A DNA stretch of 63,994 nt, filler included, from Octopus bimaculoides (GCF_001194135.2; 7 parts of 7 records of this genome joined end to end with filler, not necessarily neighbours in it); one strand, 5' to 3'; shown: positions 50,414 to 62,661, counted from the whole stretch's first letter. Translations and numbers: made by a program. The notes: generated by a model from the letters alone, not told the origin.

Positions 50414-51568
50414 CAGTGTGCGATGGGTAAATTGTCGCCATTTTATAATTTTAATTTCGAGCATGCACATTGCTGTTTGTTTTTGTTTTGTCGACTACAC
50501 AGTATAGTAGGATCAGTTGGGCACCGTCTGTGAGAAAAGCAGCACCATGACGCAATTCACTCAGCCCAAAATTTGGAAAATATATGCTGTACTGCTTGGC
50601 ATTCGCGCCGGAAGCTCCGATACGAACATTTCAAAGTGTTTGAGTGTCAATCTGAGGACATGCCGTATAAAAATCAAACATTCAGTCAACATCGTGGTGA
50701 ATATATTGTCATCTAATTGACGCAAAAATGAAAATAACACTGACATCTCATTTTAACAGATATATTTGCCAAAATTACATCAAAATATCTTTAAAAACTA
50801 AACAGTAAATTTATTCAATTAAATCGCTATTGCCTTCAAACACGGACTTCGGAATCTACTGCAACTCTTTTGGACGATTTCCATGCTTAAGTTAGTGAAT
50901 GCTTCTATAATTCTTGCCTTCAGTTCACCTTTGGTGTTACAAGGAGTTTTGTTGGTCTCTCGCTCATCTGCGCCTCACACATAATTTGGAGTGATCACTA
51001 TTGATGGCGACATTATGCCTTCATTCGTATTCCCATACGGCCTCAGACTCAGCATGGAAGCCTACACCAAGTACCAGAAGGAGATAGTGCTCTCCTGGGT
51101 GAAGAGGGTGGCTGCTGGAAGACCCTATGTCTAACAACAAGACTCTGCACCATGCCACACAAGCAGGAGAGCCCAGTCATGGATGTCAGACAATTTCTGC
51201 GACCACATCACCCCTAACATCTGGTCACCTGACTCCCCATACTGCAAATCCCCTTGATTCTCATGTGTGGGGCGCAGATGAGCGAGAGACCAACAAAATT
51301 CCTTGTAATACCAAAGATGATCTGAAGGCAAGGGTTATAGAAGCATTCACCAACTAAAACAAGGAAACCGTCCAAAAGAGTTGCAGCAGATTCCGAAGTC
51401 GTCTGGCGGTCGTGGTTGAAGCCAATGGCGATTTAATTCAATAAATTTACCGTTTAGTTTTTCAAGACATTTTCATGTAATTTTGGTAAAAAATATCTGT
51501 TAAAATGAGCTGTCAGTGTTATTTTCATTTTTACGTAACTTAGATGACAATATATTCACCGCACCCTG
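50414..51568 (+). mobile_element. Rearranged Tc1/mariner (maT/DD37D-like) element
   Basis: TA-CAGTGTGCG and CGCACCCTG-TA ends; N-terminal remnant MTQFTQPKIWK; C-terminal remnant GVITIDGDIMP...QQDSAPCHTSRRAQSW...WSPDSP...VWG; internal inverted copy of the 3' end. Confidence 0.85.
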
Positions 51569-53166
51569 TATATACACACACACACATAAATATATGTATA
51601 TGCGTGTAGATAGTGAGAGAGAGCGAGAGGTAGACAGATATACATGTTTACACACACACACACACACACACATTTAGGATAAAATAAAAAGACAACAAAC
51701 GGAAAATATGACATACCTATATATATATAATTCTTTTGTATGTCATATTTTCCGTTTGTTGTCTTTTTATTTAATCCTGAAAATATCAGTTAAGTAACGC
51801 ACGCACTCATTCATTTTCTACCTTGTATATATATATGTATGTATATGTGTATGTATATATGTATGTATATATGTANNNNNNNNNNNNNNNNNNNNNNNNN
51901 NNNNNNNNNNNNNNNNNNNNNNNNNNNNNNNNNNNNNNNNNNNNNNNNNNNNNNNNNNNNNNNNNNNNNNNNNNNAAAAAAAAACCCCCAAAAAATACAA
52001 AGAACTGGGGTCGATTTATGCAACTAAAATTTCTTCAAAGCGGCACTCCAGCATGGCCGAAGTCTAATGATAAAAGTTAAAAGATAGCACACAAAATATG
52101 TGAATAGTTGGGTGGTGCTGTCCTGCTCATACAAGTAAGCCTCTAGTGAGGCCCAGTCAAGAAACCCCACCATTCCAGGATAACCATCTCATAAAAAAAA
52201 GTTATATTATAAAAAAAGGAATCGTCGAACATTGTACCCATGTGCAGTACAGAATGGAAATAAAAAAAAGGAAAACAACCCAGCAGTTATTTTATCAATC
52301 TTAGGGTAGGGGTGGGGTTCGAACTTAGATGAACGTAAATGAACTGCAAGGCAATTTTTTTTTCCGTAGCTCAATAGGTGAGTTACATACTGGATGCTAT
52401 AAACCCCTAATATTCAATAATACTCGGAAAAAGACTGGTCCAGTTATGTTTGGTACCTGGAGCATAACCGGCTCACTCTAATGGTACCCATCGTTTCAAT
52501 TTGTAGGTNNNNNNNNNNNNNNNNNNNNNNNNNNNNNNNNNNNNNNNNNNNNTTAATTAATTAANNNNNNNNNNNNNNNNNNNNNNNNNNNNNNNNNNNN
52601 NNNNNNNNAATTAAATTCTAAAATAAACGTGAATTCAGGTTGGTTTTAAAAACAACTACAACGATTTTTATTAATATATTAAATTAGTTTTTCGTGCACA
52701 AGAATCTTACATAGATCTTTTGGGAACTTTTGTCTCAGAAGCTCATTTGATTGCATATAAGTGCAGGAGCAATCTGAAATAAAAAGTCGTTTAGATTTTG
52801 TCCACGTATCACTGTATAGAATGGGCGTTAGCTAATCTTATTTTATGCTATAAACGTTTCTAAATGCGCAGCGACATTGCGAAGCGGGGGGGGGGACAAA
52901 AAATGTCAGCTCAGAAACCGTGAAATTAGGCAAGATTGCATCATCTAATGTGTTTTTACCTTATTCAAAATTAGATTTGAAGGACATTTGCCAGCTAATT
53001 TCAACAGGTCGTACGACAACCTAATAGCTTTCTCTCTGTCTCTTATATCAGTAAGTATTTGAACAAAATGGGAATTGATATTTAAAGAAAAAGTAGAAGG
53101 TACATTAAAGGGCTAAAACTAAATGCTCCAAAATATTTACTCAGACAGTAAGAAAAAACTACCAAC

Positions 53167-53718
53167 CTTTTTCTTGAAAACTAATGGTAATGCATCATCA
53201 TCATCGTGACCATTACCATCATCATCATGATCGTGGTTATCGTGACCATTACCATCATCATCATGATCGTCATCATCGTGACCATTACCATCATCATCAT
53301 GATCGTCATCATCGTGACCATTACCATCATGATCATGATCATCATGGTCATCATCATCATCATCATCGCTATCGTGATCATTGTGACCATCGTCACTATC
53401 CTTAGAGTGTTCACCATGACCATCACGAGCGTGGTCTTCATTGTCATGGTCATCGTCGTCTTGGTGGCCGAGATTTAGAAGTTTGTGAAGAAACAGGTCG
53501 ACTTTAATTTTGGATATAGTTTTAGAGTCTTCCGTTAATAAATGCATCATTTTGGTTTGATAGTTTATGAAGGAACCCCCCGGAGACTGACAATCATTGG
53601 AGACGTTCTGCAAATGGTAGAGTAAAACCAAAGAGAAGTTTGAAAATTCTTCTCTGGTTATGACATCAGATGATGAATTCAGCTGAACGATTCCAAGGAT
53701 TTCTTTAGCAGTGAAGCA
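53167..53718 (-). CDS. Internal exon of a LIV-1 family (ZIP4/ZIP12-like) zinc transporter ectodomain with His/Asp-rich tract
   Basis: TTTATTTTTCAG|TGC acceptor and AAG|GTTGGT donor; 552 nt, phase 0-0. CFTAKEILGIV...ITREEFSNFSLVLLYHL...C resembles the CxxAxxL...F..LSPALLxQ...C unit of ZIP4/ZIP12 ectodomains. A 92-residue His/Asp tract follows. Confidence 0.7.
53194..53330 (-). repeat. Coding 36-bp tandem repeat (GNGHDDDDHDDD, about 3.7 copies)
   Basis: GTGACCATTACC recurs at 53206, 53242, 53278 and 53314. Confidence 0.92.
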
Positions 53719-54995
53719 CTGAAAAATAAAGAACCAGATTTTAATGAATTGTCTACTTCTTTTCATCCTTCCTATATCTACCCTACGTGTTAAGAATAAA
53801 TATGAAAATATTCATTCTAGATCTCGCTTAAGACAGTGAAAACAGCAGTTATATAATGTGTGTGTGTGTGTGTGTGATTTGTTTTGTCAGACAATAAGTC
53901 TACTCATTATATTACTACATTATTATCTAATGCTCAGTACCATACTTCGAGGATTTATTTTAAGACCAGCTGATGACTTACAACGTCTAAAACAAACGCG
54001 ACAACCAAAAAAGAAACACAGTATTTCAACAGAAATGTTTGAGAATATCAATGGATCTCTCTTCAGATGTTTTTGTAGTCCCGGTTTCTATTTGTGCACT
54101 TTGTCCTGTGCTGCACAAGTGATATACTGTAGATATAGCGGTTGGTAGCCATAGATTGTTTCAATGCGTATAATATGCGATTTTATATGATTAACAAAGC
54201 TTGTCTCCCGAAAGAACATATCCACAGCTATCACAATTCAGGCTCTTCAATAAAGCCTTTGTGTAACATACCTATGAGCTCAGCATATTTGATGTTCCTT
54301 TCGCAAACATGTTACGACCCTTCTTAACGGAATGTCTCCAGTTATTCTGTTATTTTATATCATCCTAAACACTCACATTTATGGGGTTTCTGTTTTTTTC
54401 ATTTCTATTTTAAGCAGTGCTCGTATCTTTTTCATGTTTGTACTTCCCATTTGCATTTCGCCCAACGAAACCTGTACAAGGCTACTAATGACAAAAAAAT
54501 GTCGATAAAATTGATTATCAGACAAAATAATTTTCCATGGTATTTACTATTCCGGGTTACAAAGGCTCTACTTATCTCTTTTAACTGCGTTTAACCAGCG
54601 ATATAGTGACTGGAATGTTAAAAATGCATATACAATGACACGATTGTTCATAAATTAATGAAATAAATATTTAAAGTAATTCACTATTTTAAAAAGGAAA
54701 TCCCCCACGCCATACACCTGCTTACTTTCTACTGAAAACCACTAAAAACATAGAAGTTGTTTCAACTTAAACGATATTATTTCCTCACAAATTTTCTGAG
54801 CCACTCCTTCCTAAATATTATGATACACACATGGAATATTACTACAGAAGATCTTAATTCCTCATTCCAGAACTCACATTTATGGGGTTTCTGGTTTTCA
54901 TTTCTATTTTATGCAGTCCTTGTTTCATTTTCATGCTTGCCCTTCCCATTTGCATTTCACCCACCGAAACTTACGAATTAGTATCAAACAAAAGC

Positions 54996-55567
54996 GGGAT
55001 CTATTTTAAAACAGGGGCGCCAGTTTTCATTAATGTTTTACGTAGTGTTTTTGGTACGGAAAGACTTTCAAACTTCGTATACTTATCTATTTTGTGTTAT
55101 AGAACAGAAAAATATTTTTGTATTCGAATTTATTTCATGTAAAAAATTGTCTTATTTCGATAATTTCAACCAATCACTGACAAGTATTCAGTTGTTTATA
55201 TTTACTCCTTTGGCTGATTAAGCGATGTAAAGCGTATTTAATCTCCATACCTTCGTTTTATTTGCTTTTTTCATTTTAAATTTGCTTTAACCCTAACCCT
55301 AACCCTAGGGTTAGGGTTAGGGTTAATTGTTTCAGAATCGTTTGTTTATGTAGTCGGCACTTAATGTATATCGGCTGAATGGACGTCAGTGATTGGTTGA
55401 AATTACAGAAATACGACAACTTTAACATGGAATAACTTATGGATTTCTTTTTTTTTTTAAAGAAGACTAAGAGAAAAAGATGTTTTATATGACACATTCT
55501 ACCAGTGTTCCAAGTTTCAAAGTGTTTCGTTAATGAAAAATGTGGCCCCCGTTTTAAAAAAGATCCC
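54996..55567. mobile_element. TIR/fold-back element with a central telomeric palindrome
   Basis: GGGATCT.TTTTAAAAC.GGGG TIRs, an inner inverted pair at 55139-55192 and 55373-55430, and a (CCCTAA)3/(TTAGGG)3 palindrome at 55287-55326. Confidence 0.7.
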
Positions 55568-56636
55568 AAAAGCGTTCTCGTAGTAGTTACTCTCCCGGGT
55601 TACAGAGGCGTCACCTATGGAAGTAACCAGCAAGTTGAAAACAAAGGAGTGGTCTAAATATTCAAGCAATACAAAACGTAAAACTTGTTTCCATTTGAAC
55701 GATTTTATTTGAACGATATTATTTACTTACAGCTTTTCTAGACCAGCCCTTCCTAGTAATTATGTTACAAACATGGTATATTACTAGAGAAGACCTTGGT
55801 ATTGTTTACAGTATAATAAATAAATAAAAACAAAAATATACATTTCAATTTTGGATTTTAAAAATCTGATATGTCGCTGCCGAATTCATTTATGTCAATG
55901 GACTATTTTTAGGTCCATGAACAATTCTCATTAGTCAGGTTAGTTTTTAAGATATTTAATATGGGAAGAGTTTTAAATGTTTACTAATAATATGTAAGGA
56001 GGGAAATAATAATATTAGTCAATGTCTAATTTTTATTTATTTATTGCGGCAGTACAGGAGACAACGCTGGCCATATTTCGGTCTTATGATTTCTGTCAGC
56101 AAACTACAACTTTCACCGTATTTGTTAAAATATTGACAGAAATATAATTTAATAAAGATACAAGAATGCACATGGCAAAAAAGTATAATCGTTTAGAGAA
56201 ACAATAACTTAATGAAGGATACGAGAGAAATAAACATGAATTAACTCTAGACAGAAATATAAGTACACCCTTAGAATGTACTAGGATTTATAACAATAGT
56301 AACACCGAAATAATGTTGTATGAATTTAACAGTTAAAATTCAATTACCAGCAGTAATGTCGACATTAATCACATCGGCCCTGCCTACTATAAATTGGCAC
56401 CAATGTGCGTCATCATCATATCATCCTAAAAGCAATGTGAAGGTTTAAAATCGTTGTTAGTGGATTTAGGCATTTTATTGTTCCAAAAAACTTCCAGGAG
56501 CTCGAACGAAAATTTGAATAAAAAACCTTAATAGTAAAGCTAAAAGTGAAACACTGCGGAATTTAAAATGCAACGCATACCCGCCTCCCCCATACACACA
56601 CGTTATATTGATGGTGAATAATGAATATTCTCATTT

Positions 56637-57070
56637 TTATTGCGGAGGCTCCTGGGCCTCAGATACAACACCGTCCCCACTTCTCACTACGCTCCGAGGT
56701 TTCGTACCGTACAGCCCCCTGATGTTACCGTTCACCTTTGTCATCTGTTTTCTGTCCACCCAGCCCCCGAATATACGATCTCAGAAGTTCTGGACCCTGG
56801 TAATATAGACAAAATATCGTAGTTTTTGCCATCTAACCATCGTCACAAACTTTCGTTCCGTTCCCATCTCCTCCAAGACTGAATTATTCCCTCTGTGGGT
56901 CACCAAACAGATCCACGGCGCTCACTTGTAGCACATCATCTTCTTCCTTAGAATCCAAGTTTCACTCCATCCAACATTAATAACAAGATCATGATTTTTT
57001 AGACGCTTCAGCTTGATGCTTTTGCTGGCCTCAGAGCAGATCTTGCACCAAAACTTGTTCTGATTTCCTA
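56637..57070 (-). mobile_element. RTE-clade LINE 3' end, degenerate
   Basis: Minus strand resembles GxETWxLRKED...NNSVLEEMGTERKFVTMVRWQKLRYF...VVSEAQEPPQ-stop. Confidence 0.7.
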
Positions 57071-57596
57071 ATTGCACCCCTTGACACTTTATGGTAAGCT
57101 ACACCTTTACGAAATTCCATTGCGAATAATCACATTTAATATCAATGGCATCTTAGTCATTTTGAACATATTTTCAAAAGAAAAAACATGGAGTTTAAGA
57201 ATAAGCATCCTCCTGTTGTATTTTTATTTTGTTACAATTTTCGAAAATTTCTCCATATTTTTACGTTTTAAACATGGGAGATTACCACTCTACAAAAAAA
57301 AAAATTCAAATTTCCAAGCATTTCTGTAAGGTTAGAATAATTTTTTCACAACTACATGAGTTCGGGTTTAGTCACACTGCGCGGCACTTCGACTGAAAAT
57401 CTTCCATTATAACCACGAGCTGATAGTCTGTGAGTACATTTTGAGAGATGGAAGCCATATTGGACACTTGTCATATATATGTAAGTATGTGTGTGTGGTT
57501 GGATGGATGGATGCATGCATACATGCATGTAACTGTGTATGGATGTAACTGTATGTATGTATGTATGTATGTATGTAATGTATAAGTATGCATATA

Positions 57597-58040
57597 CAGC
57601 GGTGGACAAAAGAAGGTATACCGTTGTTTAATATGAGTGGAATATTATTTTCATTTCTCTACTTCTTTTTAGGATAACAAATCAATGATTCTATGTTCTT
57701 TTTAACTAATTCTTCTATAATAAAATAATTATTCCTCATTTCAGAACTTTATTAAAATGGCTGGAAACGATGAACGAAAGTGGATCATCAAGCAGTACTG
57801 GAGAATGCAAAAATGGTTAGACAGAAATGAACCGAAGAATTTCAAAGACCAGCTCAAGATTAACAGTTAACAAGATACGTGACAAATTTGAACAGACTGG
57901 ATCCATCTGCAATGCAGAGAAAAGTGGTCCACCAGTCAGTGTTATCACTGAAGAAAATGAAACGCTTGTGGCTCAAGCATTCATTCAAAGTCCCCAGGGA
58001 TAAAAAAAAAAGGTTGGATTCCAATAATCTACGCAACTCC
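57597..58040 (+). mobile_element. Tc1/mariner-superfamily 5' fragment (rosa/DUF4817-like N-terminus)
   Basis: TA-CAGCGGTGGACAAAAG start; MAGNDERKWIIKQYW...TVNKIRDKFEQTGSI...SGPPVSV...VAQAFIQSP. Confidence 0.7.
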
Positions 58041-58139
58041 CACAGATCCCATAGAAATAGAGAAATGAAAAGAACATTTCAATCATATTGGGTTTAAATT
58101 TTGGCACAAGGCTAGAATTTTGGGATTTCACCGACCCTA

Positions 58140-58280
58140 CTACGTGACTGGCACTTGTTTTACTGACCCCGAATGATGAAAGGCAAAGTCAACCTCGGCG
58201 AAATTTGAACTAAAATGTAAGGAACGACAAAATGTCGCTAAGCATTTTGCCCGGCATGCTAACGATTCTGTCAGCTCATA
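58140..58280 (-). mobile_element. Family B SINE
   Basis: Reverse complement of the GAGCTG.CAGAATCGTTAGCA head and body. Confidence 0.75.
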
Positions 58281-58387
58281 TCACACAACTGTATACCAAC
58301 TTTTGCCCATCACTGTGTAGGTTTGTGGGTGGGGGTGCGCGTGCGTATGGGCATGTATGTATGTATGTATGTTTGTACGCATGCATG

Positions 58388-58430
<43 letters not shown>

Positions 58431-58432
<2 letters not shown>

Positions 58433-58972
58433 GGGTGTATAAGGTATTTGAGAATATACCATTTTGGGGGTCATTGCTGCATTTTTTGCAAACTGTGTAT
58501 AATCTTTGTTTCAGAAAATAATAATGGCAGACTCTCAGCTTACTCGAGAAATGAAGAGGCTGTTACTGTGGTTATAAAGGTTGAGAATAACGATTTAGAA
58601 ATATCTTGATTTTTAAAAGTTGCCAAATCTTTCGTCTACAAAGTTTGTAATGTGCTAGAGACTGAAGATGGAAACGTATCACCAGTATCAAAGCATAAAA
58701 AACATTCTAAACGCTCTGAAATCATCAGAACATCTGAATTTATCCAACAAGTTCAACAGACCATTGATTACAATCCCAGAAAGTTCATGAGGTCAATTAC
58801 AAAAGATCTCCATGTGTCACAAGGAATACAAAGAAAGTTCAATTTGTCAGAAAAAGCAAAAGAAAATCACTACATCACATTTAAAAGGCTCTTAAACAAA
58901 CTGAAAAATCCAGCAGAAGATTTTATTTGTTTTTTCTCAAACGAGAAAAACCTCGACCAAGATCAAAAAGTA
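58431..58972 (+). mobile_element. maT/DD37D-like transposase 5' fragment
   Basis: CAGGGTGTAT start; RTSEFIQQVQQTIDYNPRKFMRSITKDLHVS...RLLNKLKNP...FFSNEKNLDQDQKV. Confidence 0.8.
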
Positions 58973-59365
58973 GTCCTTTGTAACGGTTTTTCTCACGGAA
59001 TGTACATAACATTAGGAGGCACTTATTTATGCATAAACTTGAAAGAATAATCGAAGAAAATTATCCAGGAACGCTGACTGCATGGAAAGTTATTAGTAAA
59101 GTGGCTGCTAATATACAAGCCAAGATATTTTAAACCAAGCATAAGCAATTTTTCCGAGACGCAAATACACGCACAAATACACAAGCACATACGCACACAT
59201 GCATATACACACACGCACACACACATAAATATGCACACACAGACACAGACACACATGCACACACGCACACACACACATACACACACAAATACACACACGC
59301 ATACACACACACATGCACACACGCGCACACACATAGACACAGACACACATACATACACATACACG

Positions 59366-59408
<43 letters not shown>

Positions 59409-59883
59409 ATATATATATATATATATATATANNNNNNNNNNNNNNNNNNNNNNNNNNNNNNNNNNNNNNNNNNNNNNNNNNNNNNNNNNNNNNNNNNNNN
59501 NNNNNNNNNNNNNNNNNNNNNNNNNNNNNNNNNNNNNNNNNNNNNNNNNNNNNNNNNNNNNNNNNNNNNNNNNNNNNNNNNNNNNNNNNNNNNNNNNNNN
59601 NNNNNNNNNNNNNNNNNNNNNNNNNNNNNNNNNNNNNNNNNNNNNNNNNNNNNNNNNNNNNNNNNNNNNNNNNNNNNNNNNNNNNNNNNNNNNNNNNNNN
59701 NNNNNNNNNNNNNNNNNNNNNNNNNNNNNNNNNNNNNNNNNNNNNNNNNNNNNNNNNNNNNNNNNNNNNNNNNNNNNNNNNNNNNNNNNNNNNNNNNNNN
59801 NNNNNNNNNNNNNNNNNNNNNNNNNNNNNNNNNNNNNNNNNNNNNNNNNNNNNNNNNNNNNNNNNNNNNNNNNNNNNNNNNNN

Positions 59884-59884
<1 letters not shown>

Positions 59885-59929
<45 letters not shown>

Positions 59930-59962
59930 AATAATAATAATAACAACAACAATAACAACAAC

Positions 59963-60025
<63 letters not shown>
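59885..60025. repeat. Compound (GTT)n/(AAT,AAC)n microsatellite
   Basis: Directly visible. Confidence 0.95.
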
Positions 60026-60027
<2 letters not shown>

Positions 60028-60129
60028 AAGGAAGCGGGCGGAGTCTGCCCATGTCCTGATTGATGATACATCTAGTGATGGTATCACAATAAAAACACTG
60101 GTAATTGCGCAAGCTGATAATCGCTACTT

Positions 60130-61474
60130 CATATGAGTGACAATGAAAAAAACAAAATATTGTGAATAACGGTGGGAATGAAACTGAAGCCAATGATGGT
60201 GACAGTGATGCACCCAGCAGGCCCAAAGATATTGGTCCGACCCAAGCCAGTCGTTATCCAGCAAGTGACCAGCATTCACGGTATAGATGGAACAAGCAAG
60301 TCAATGCTGTGGTCATGAAGTGTTACTACTACCTAAGCAACCCTGTAGACGAAAATGGGGCTCATATTAGAGGATACCGATCACGTAGATCAATGGAGAG
60401 GAAGAGGATTGTTTCAACTCATGGAACAGAGATTATGTGATCGAGCTAAAGCAATAAGAAAAAAATCGTTAGTTCACAGAAGTAGAGATCGAAGCTATCA
60501 AAAGTCGGGTATTGGAAAACAGCAGCAGAGGAAACGATGAAACTACAGTTCCTACCGATAAAAGTAATCTCATAGCAGAAAACAGAGGTGAAATCTCTAA
60601 TAAACCACAGGAAAGGTACAGTGACAGCTTGCTCGATGAGAGACAAAGAGATGGTTTGGAAGAAGACAATAAAACTAATGGTGACATGACAGATGGGCAA
60701 AAGGCAATCTACAACAGAATAAAAGCAAGGCTACAGGAGAACGATAGCGACATTATTTGCAACCTTAAAAAGGTTGGAAGTTGAACCAAGAAACGAAAAA
60801 TGTGAATGAAATTCTGAAATACATCAGAACAAAAAACATCACAGAAATAAATAATTTGATCAAAGCAGCAAGTATTGTTGTAGCAGAAAATGTTGGTGTT
60901 GAATGTCAATAAAAATAAAAATAATGGGAGTGACAAAAGAGAGGATTCATGGTGGAAAAGAAGAATACAGGTGGGGTCAGATATGCTCTCAAAGGACATT
61001 TCTGTGTTAGACGGAAAAGAGAAGGGGGAGCTTAAAAACAAGCAAAAATACAGTGCACTGAACAGGAAGTATGATATTGAAAGAAAGGGCTTGAAAGTGG
61101 TAATGGGGAATTGAAACAGCGCCTCGTTGCAAACAAAGCAAAGATGGCAAGATACGACCAAAGAATGAAGGGATCCAGCAGAATAGCTTATTCAGAGTAG
61201 ATCAGAAGAGATTCTCTAAAGAAATAAATGGAGAGTGTATAGATGAAAAGTTGATACCAGATAACAATAAAAGTCAAAGGTTTTGGAGTGACATCTGGAG
61301 CAAAGACAAGGAGCACAAGTAGGATGCTGAATGGTTGCAAGAACTGAAACAAACAACAGTCTGTCCACAACAGGCAGAACTAGTCATTTCAGTTAAGGAA
61401 GCGAAGGAAATCAGCAAAAAATGGGCAACTGGAAGGCCCCAGGACCAGACGGAGTTCAAGGCTACCGGATGAAA
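60130..61474 (+). mobile_element. R4/Dong-type (RLE) LINE ORF, 5' half, frameshifted
   Basis: RWNKQVNAVVMKCYY...EQRLCDRAKAIRK...INNLIKAASIVVAE...SWWKRRIQ...RFWSDIWS...WKAPGPDGVQGY. Confidence 0.85.
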
Positions 61475-61489
61475 ATAATAATAATAATA

Positions 61490-62060
61490 AATGGTTAATG
61501 TTTACAATATTACCTGGAAACGAAATTTTTAAAAAATAGTACAACAGTTGTAAAAAAAAATGTGTAGGAAACGAATATGAAAACAAAAAAACGCGCAAAG
61601 CAATGGAATGGGGTGGGAGAGGACTTAGGAAAATTCACAAGATCCGATGTTTTTCTCTCGTAACTTTTCGGAAAATTCACAAGATCTGAATTTTTCTCTC
61701 GTAACTTTTANNNNNNNNNNNNNNNNNNNNNNNNGTTTTTCTCTCGTAACTTTTCGGAAAATTCACAAGATCTGAATTTTTCTCTCGTAACTTTTAGGAA
61801 AATGGGGTTTTTAAATGAAATTCTATATGAATACCTTTCAAACAGCATAGATTACGATAATAAAGAAATTTGTGGGTAAAATCTTTTCTGAGGGGGTGGG
61901 GAGAGGACTTCAGAAAATTCACAAGATCCGATGTTTTTCCTTCATAATTGTAAGGAGAATAGGTTTATTGGAAAATGTTGTTTTCCTTTTTTTTTTCGAT
62001 AAATGAATTACGATGACCTACTATGCCACAATCTGGGTAATATTGTAAACATTAACCATT
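61490..62060. mobile_element. MITE with 25-bp TIRs and internal 42-bp tandem repeats
   Basis: AATGGTTAATGTTTACAATATTACC at 61490 with its reverse complement at 62036-62060; GGAAAATTCACAAGATC...CTCTCGTAACTTTT units of period 42. Confidence 0.8.
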
Positions 62061-62319
62061 CTTTTTACTACAAGCACAAGGCCTCAAATTTTCGGAGAGG
62101 GAGCTAGTCATTTTCATCGACCTAATTGCTCAACTGGTACTTATTTTATCGACCTCGGAGGAATAATAATAAAAAACAATACACCCTTAAGAACGTATTA
62201 GTGAAAAGAAGAGATAGCATGGTACTGTAAGCTGCAGGTAGCAAGCTTGCTACGCATGCAAAACTCCAAGAGTTTCAACAAAATCCAAGTTAAAATAATA
62301 TTATTTCTATTCTAGGCAC

Positions 62320-62515
62320 ATGGCCCTGAAAATTTTGGGGAATGGGACTAGTCGATTACATCGACCCCAGTGTTTCATTGGTACTTAATTTATCGACACC
62401 CCGAAAGACTGAAAAGCAAAGTCGACCTCGGTGGAATTTGAACTCAGAACGCAAAGGCCGTCAAAATACTGATAAGCATTCCGCCCGGCGTGCTAACGAT
62501 TCTGCCAACTCACCG
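62320..62515 (-). mobile_element. Family B SINE
   Basis: Homologous to 40460-40660 in reverse. A second partial tail lies at 62070-62160. Confidence 0.75.
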
Positions 62516-62524
62516 TCTTAGATA

Positions 62525-62661
62525 ATAATGATACACACAGATAGAGAAATTAAGGATAATAGGCTAGATACAGTTGTCACAGATCATCAAGACAAAAAAT
62601 GCTTTCTAATTGATGTCTCAATGCCAACAGATGACAACGTTTCCCTAAAAGAAATGGAGAA
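62525..62661 (+). mobile_element. Restriction-like endonuclease fragment of an RLE LINE
   Basis: IKDNRLDTVVTDHQDKKCFLIDVSMPTDDNVSLKEME matches the NRPDIVV...LIDVxxP...KExEK motif. Confidence 0.8.

Noticed and set aside
53181-53478. Alternative-frame ORFs (poly-Met/Thr/Ile and poly-His) over the His/Asp repeat
   Set aside because: These are by-products of the (GAT/CAT)-rich coding repeat. Only the frame of ORF 53137-53766 has splice sites and domain-like sequence.
22224-53718. Repeat-exon gene nested antisense within an intron of the ZIP-like gene, or a functional metal-handling pair
   Set aside because: Three artificial scaffold joins separate them and no downstream ZIP exon was found, so neither nesting nor linkage can be supported from this window.
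61628-61800. 42-bp repeats as a possible CRISPR-like array
   Set aside because: Head-to-tail units without spacers inside a MITE.
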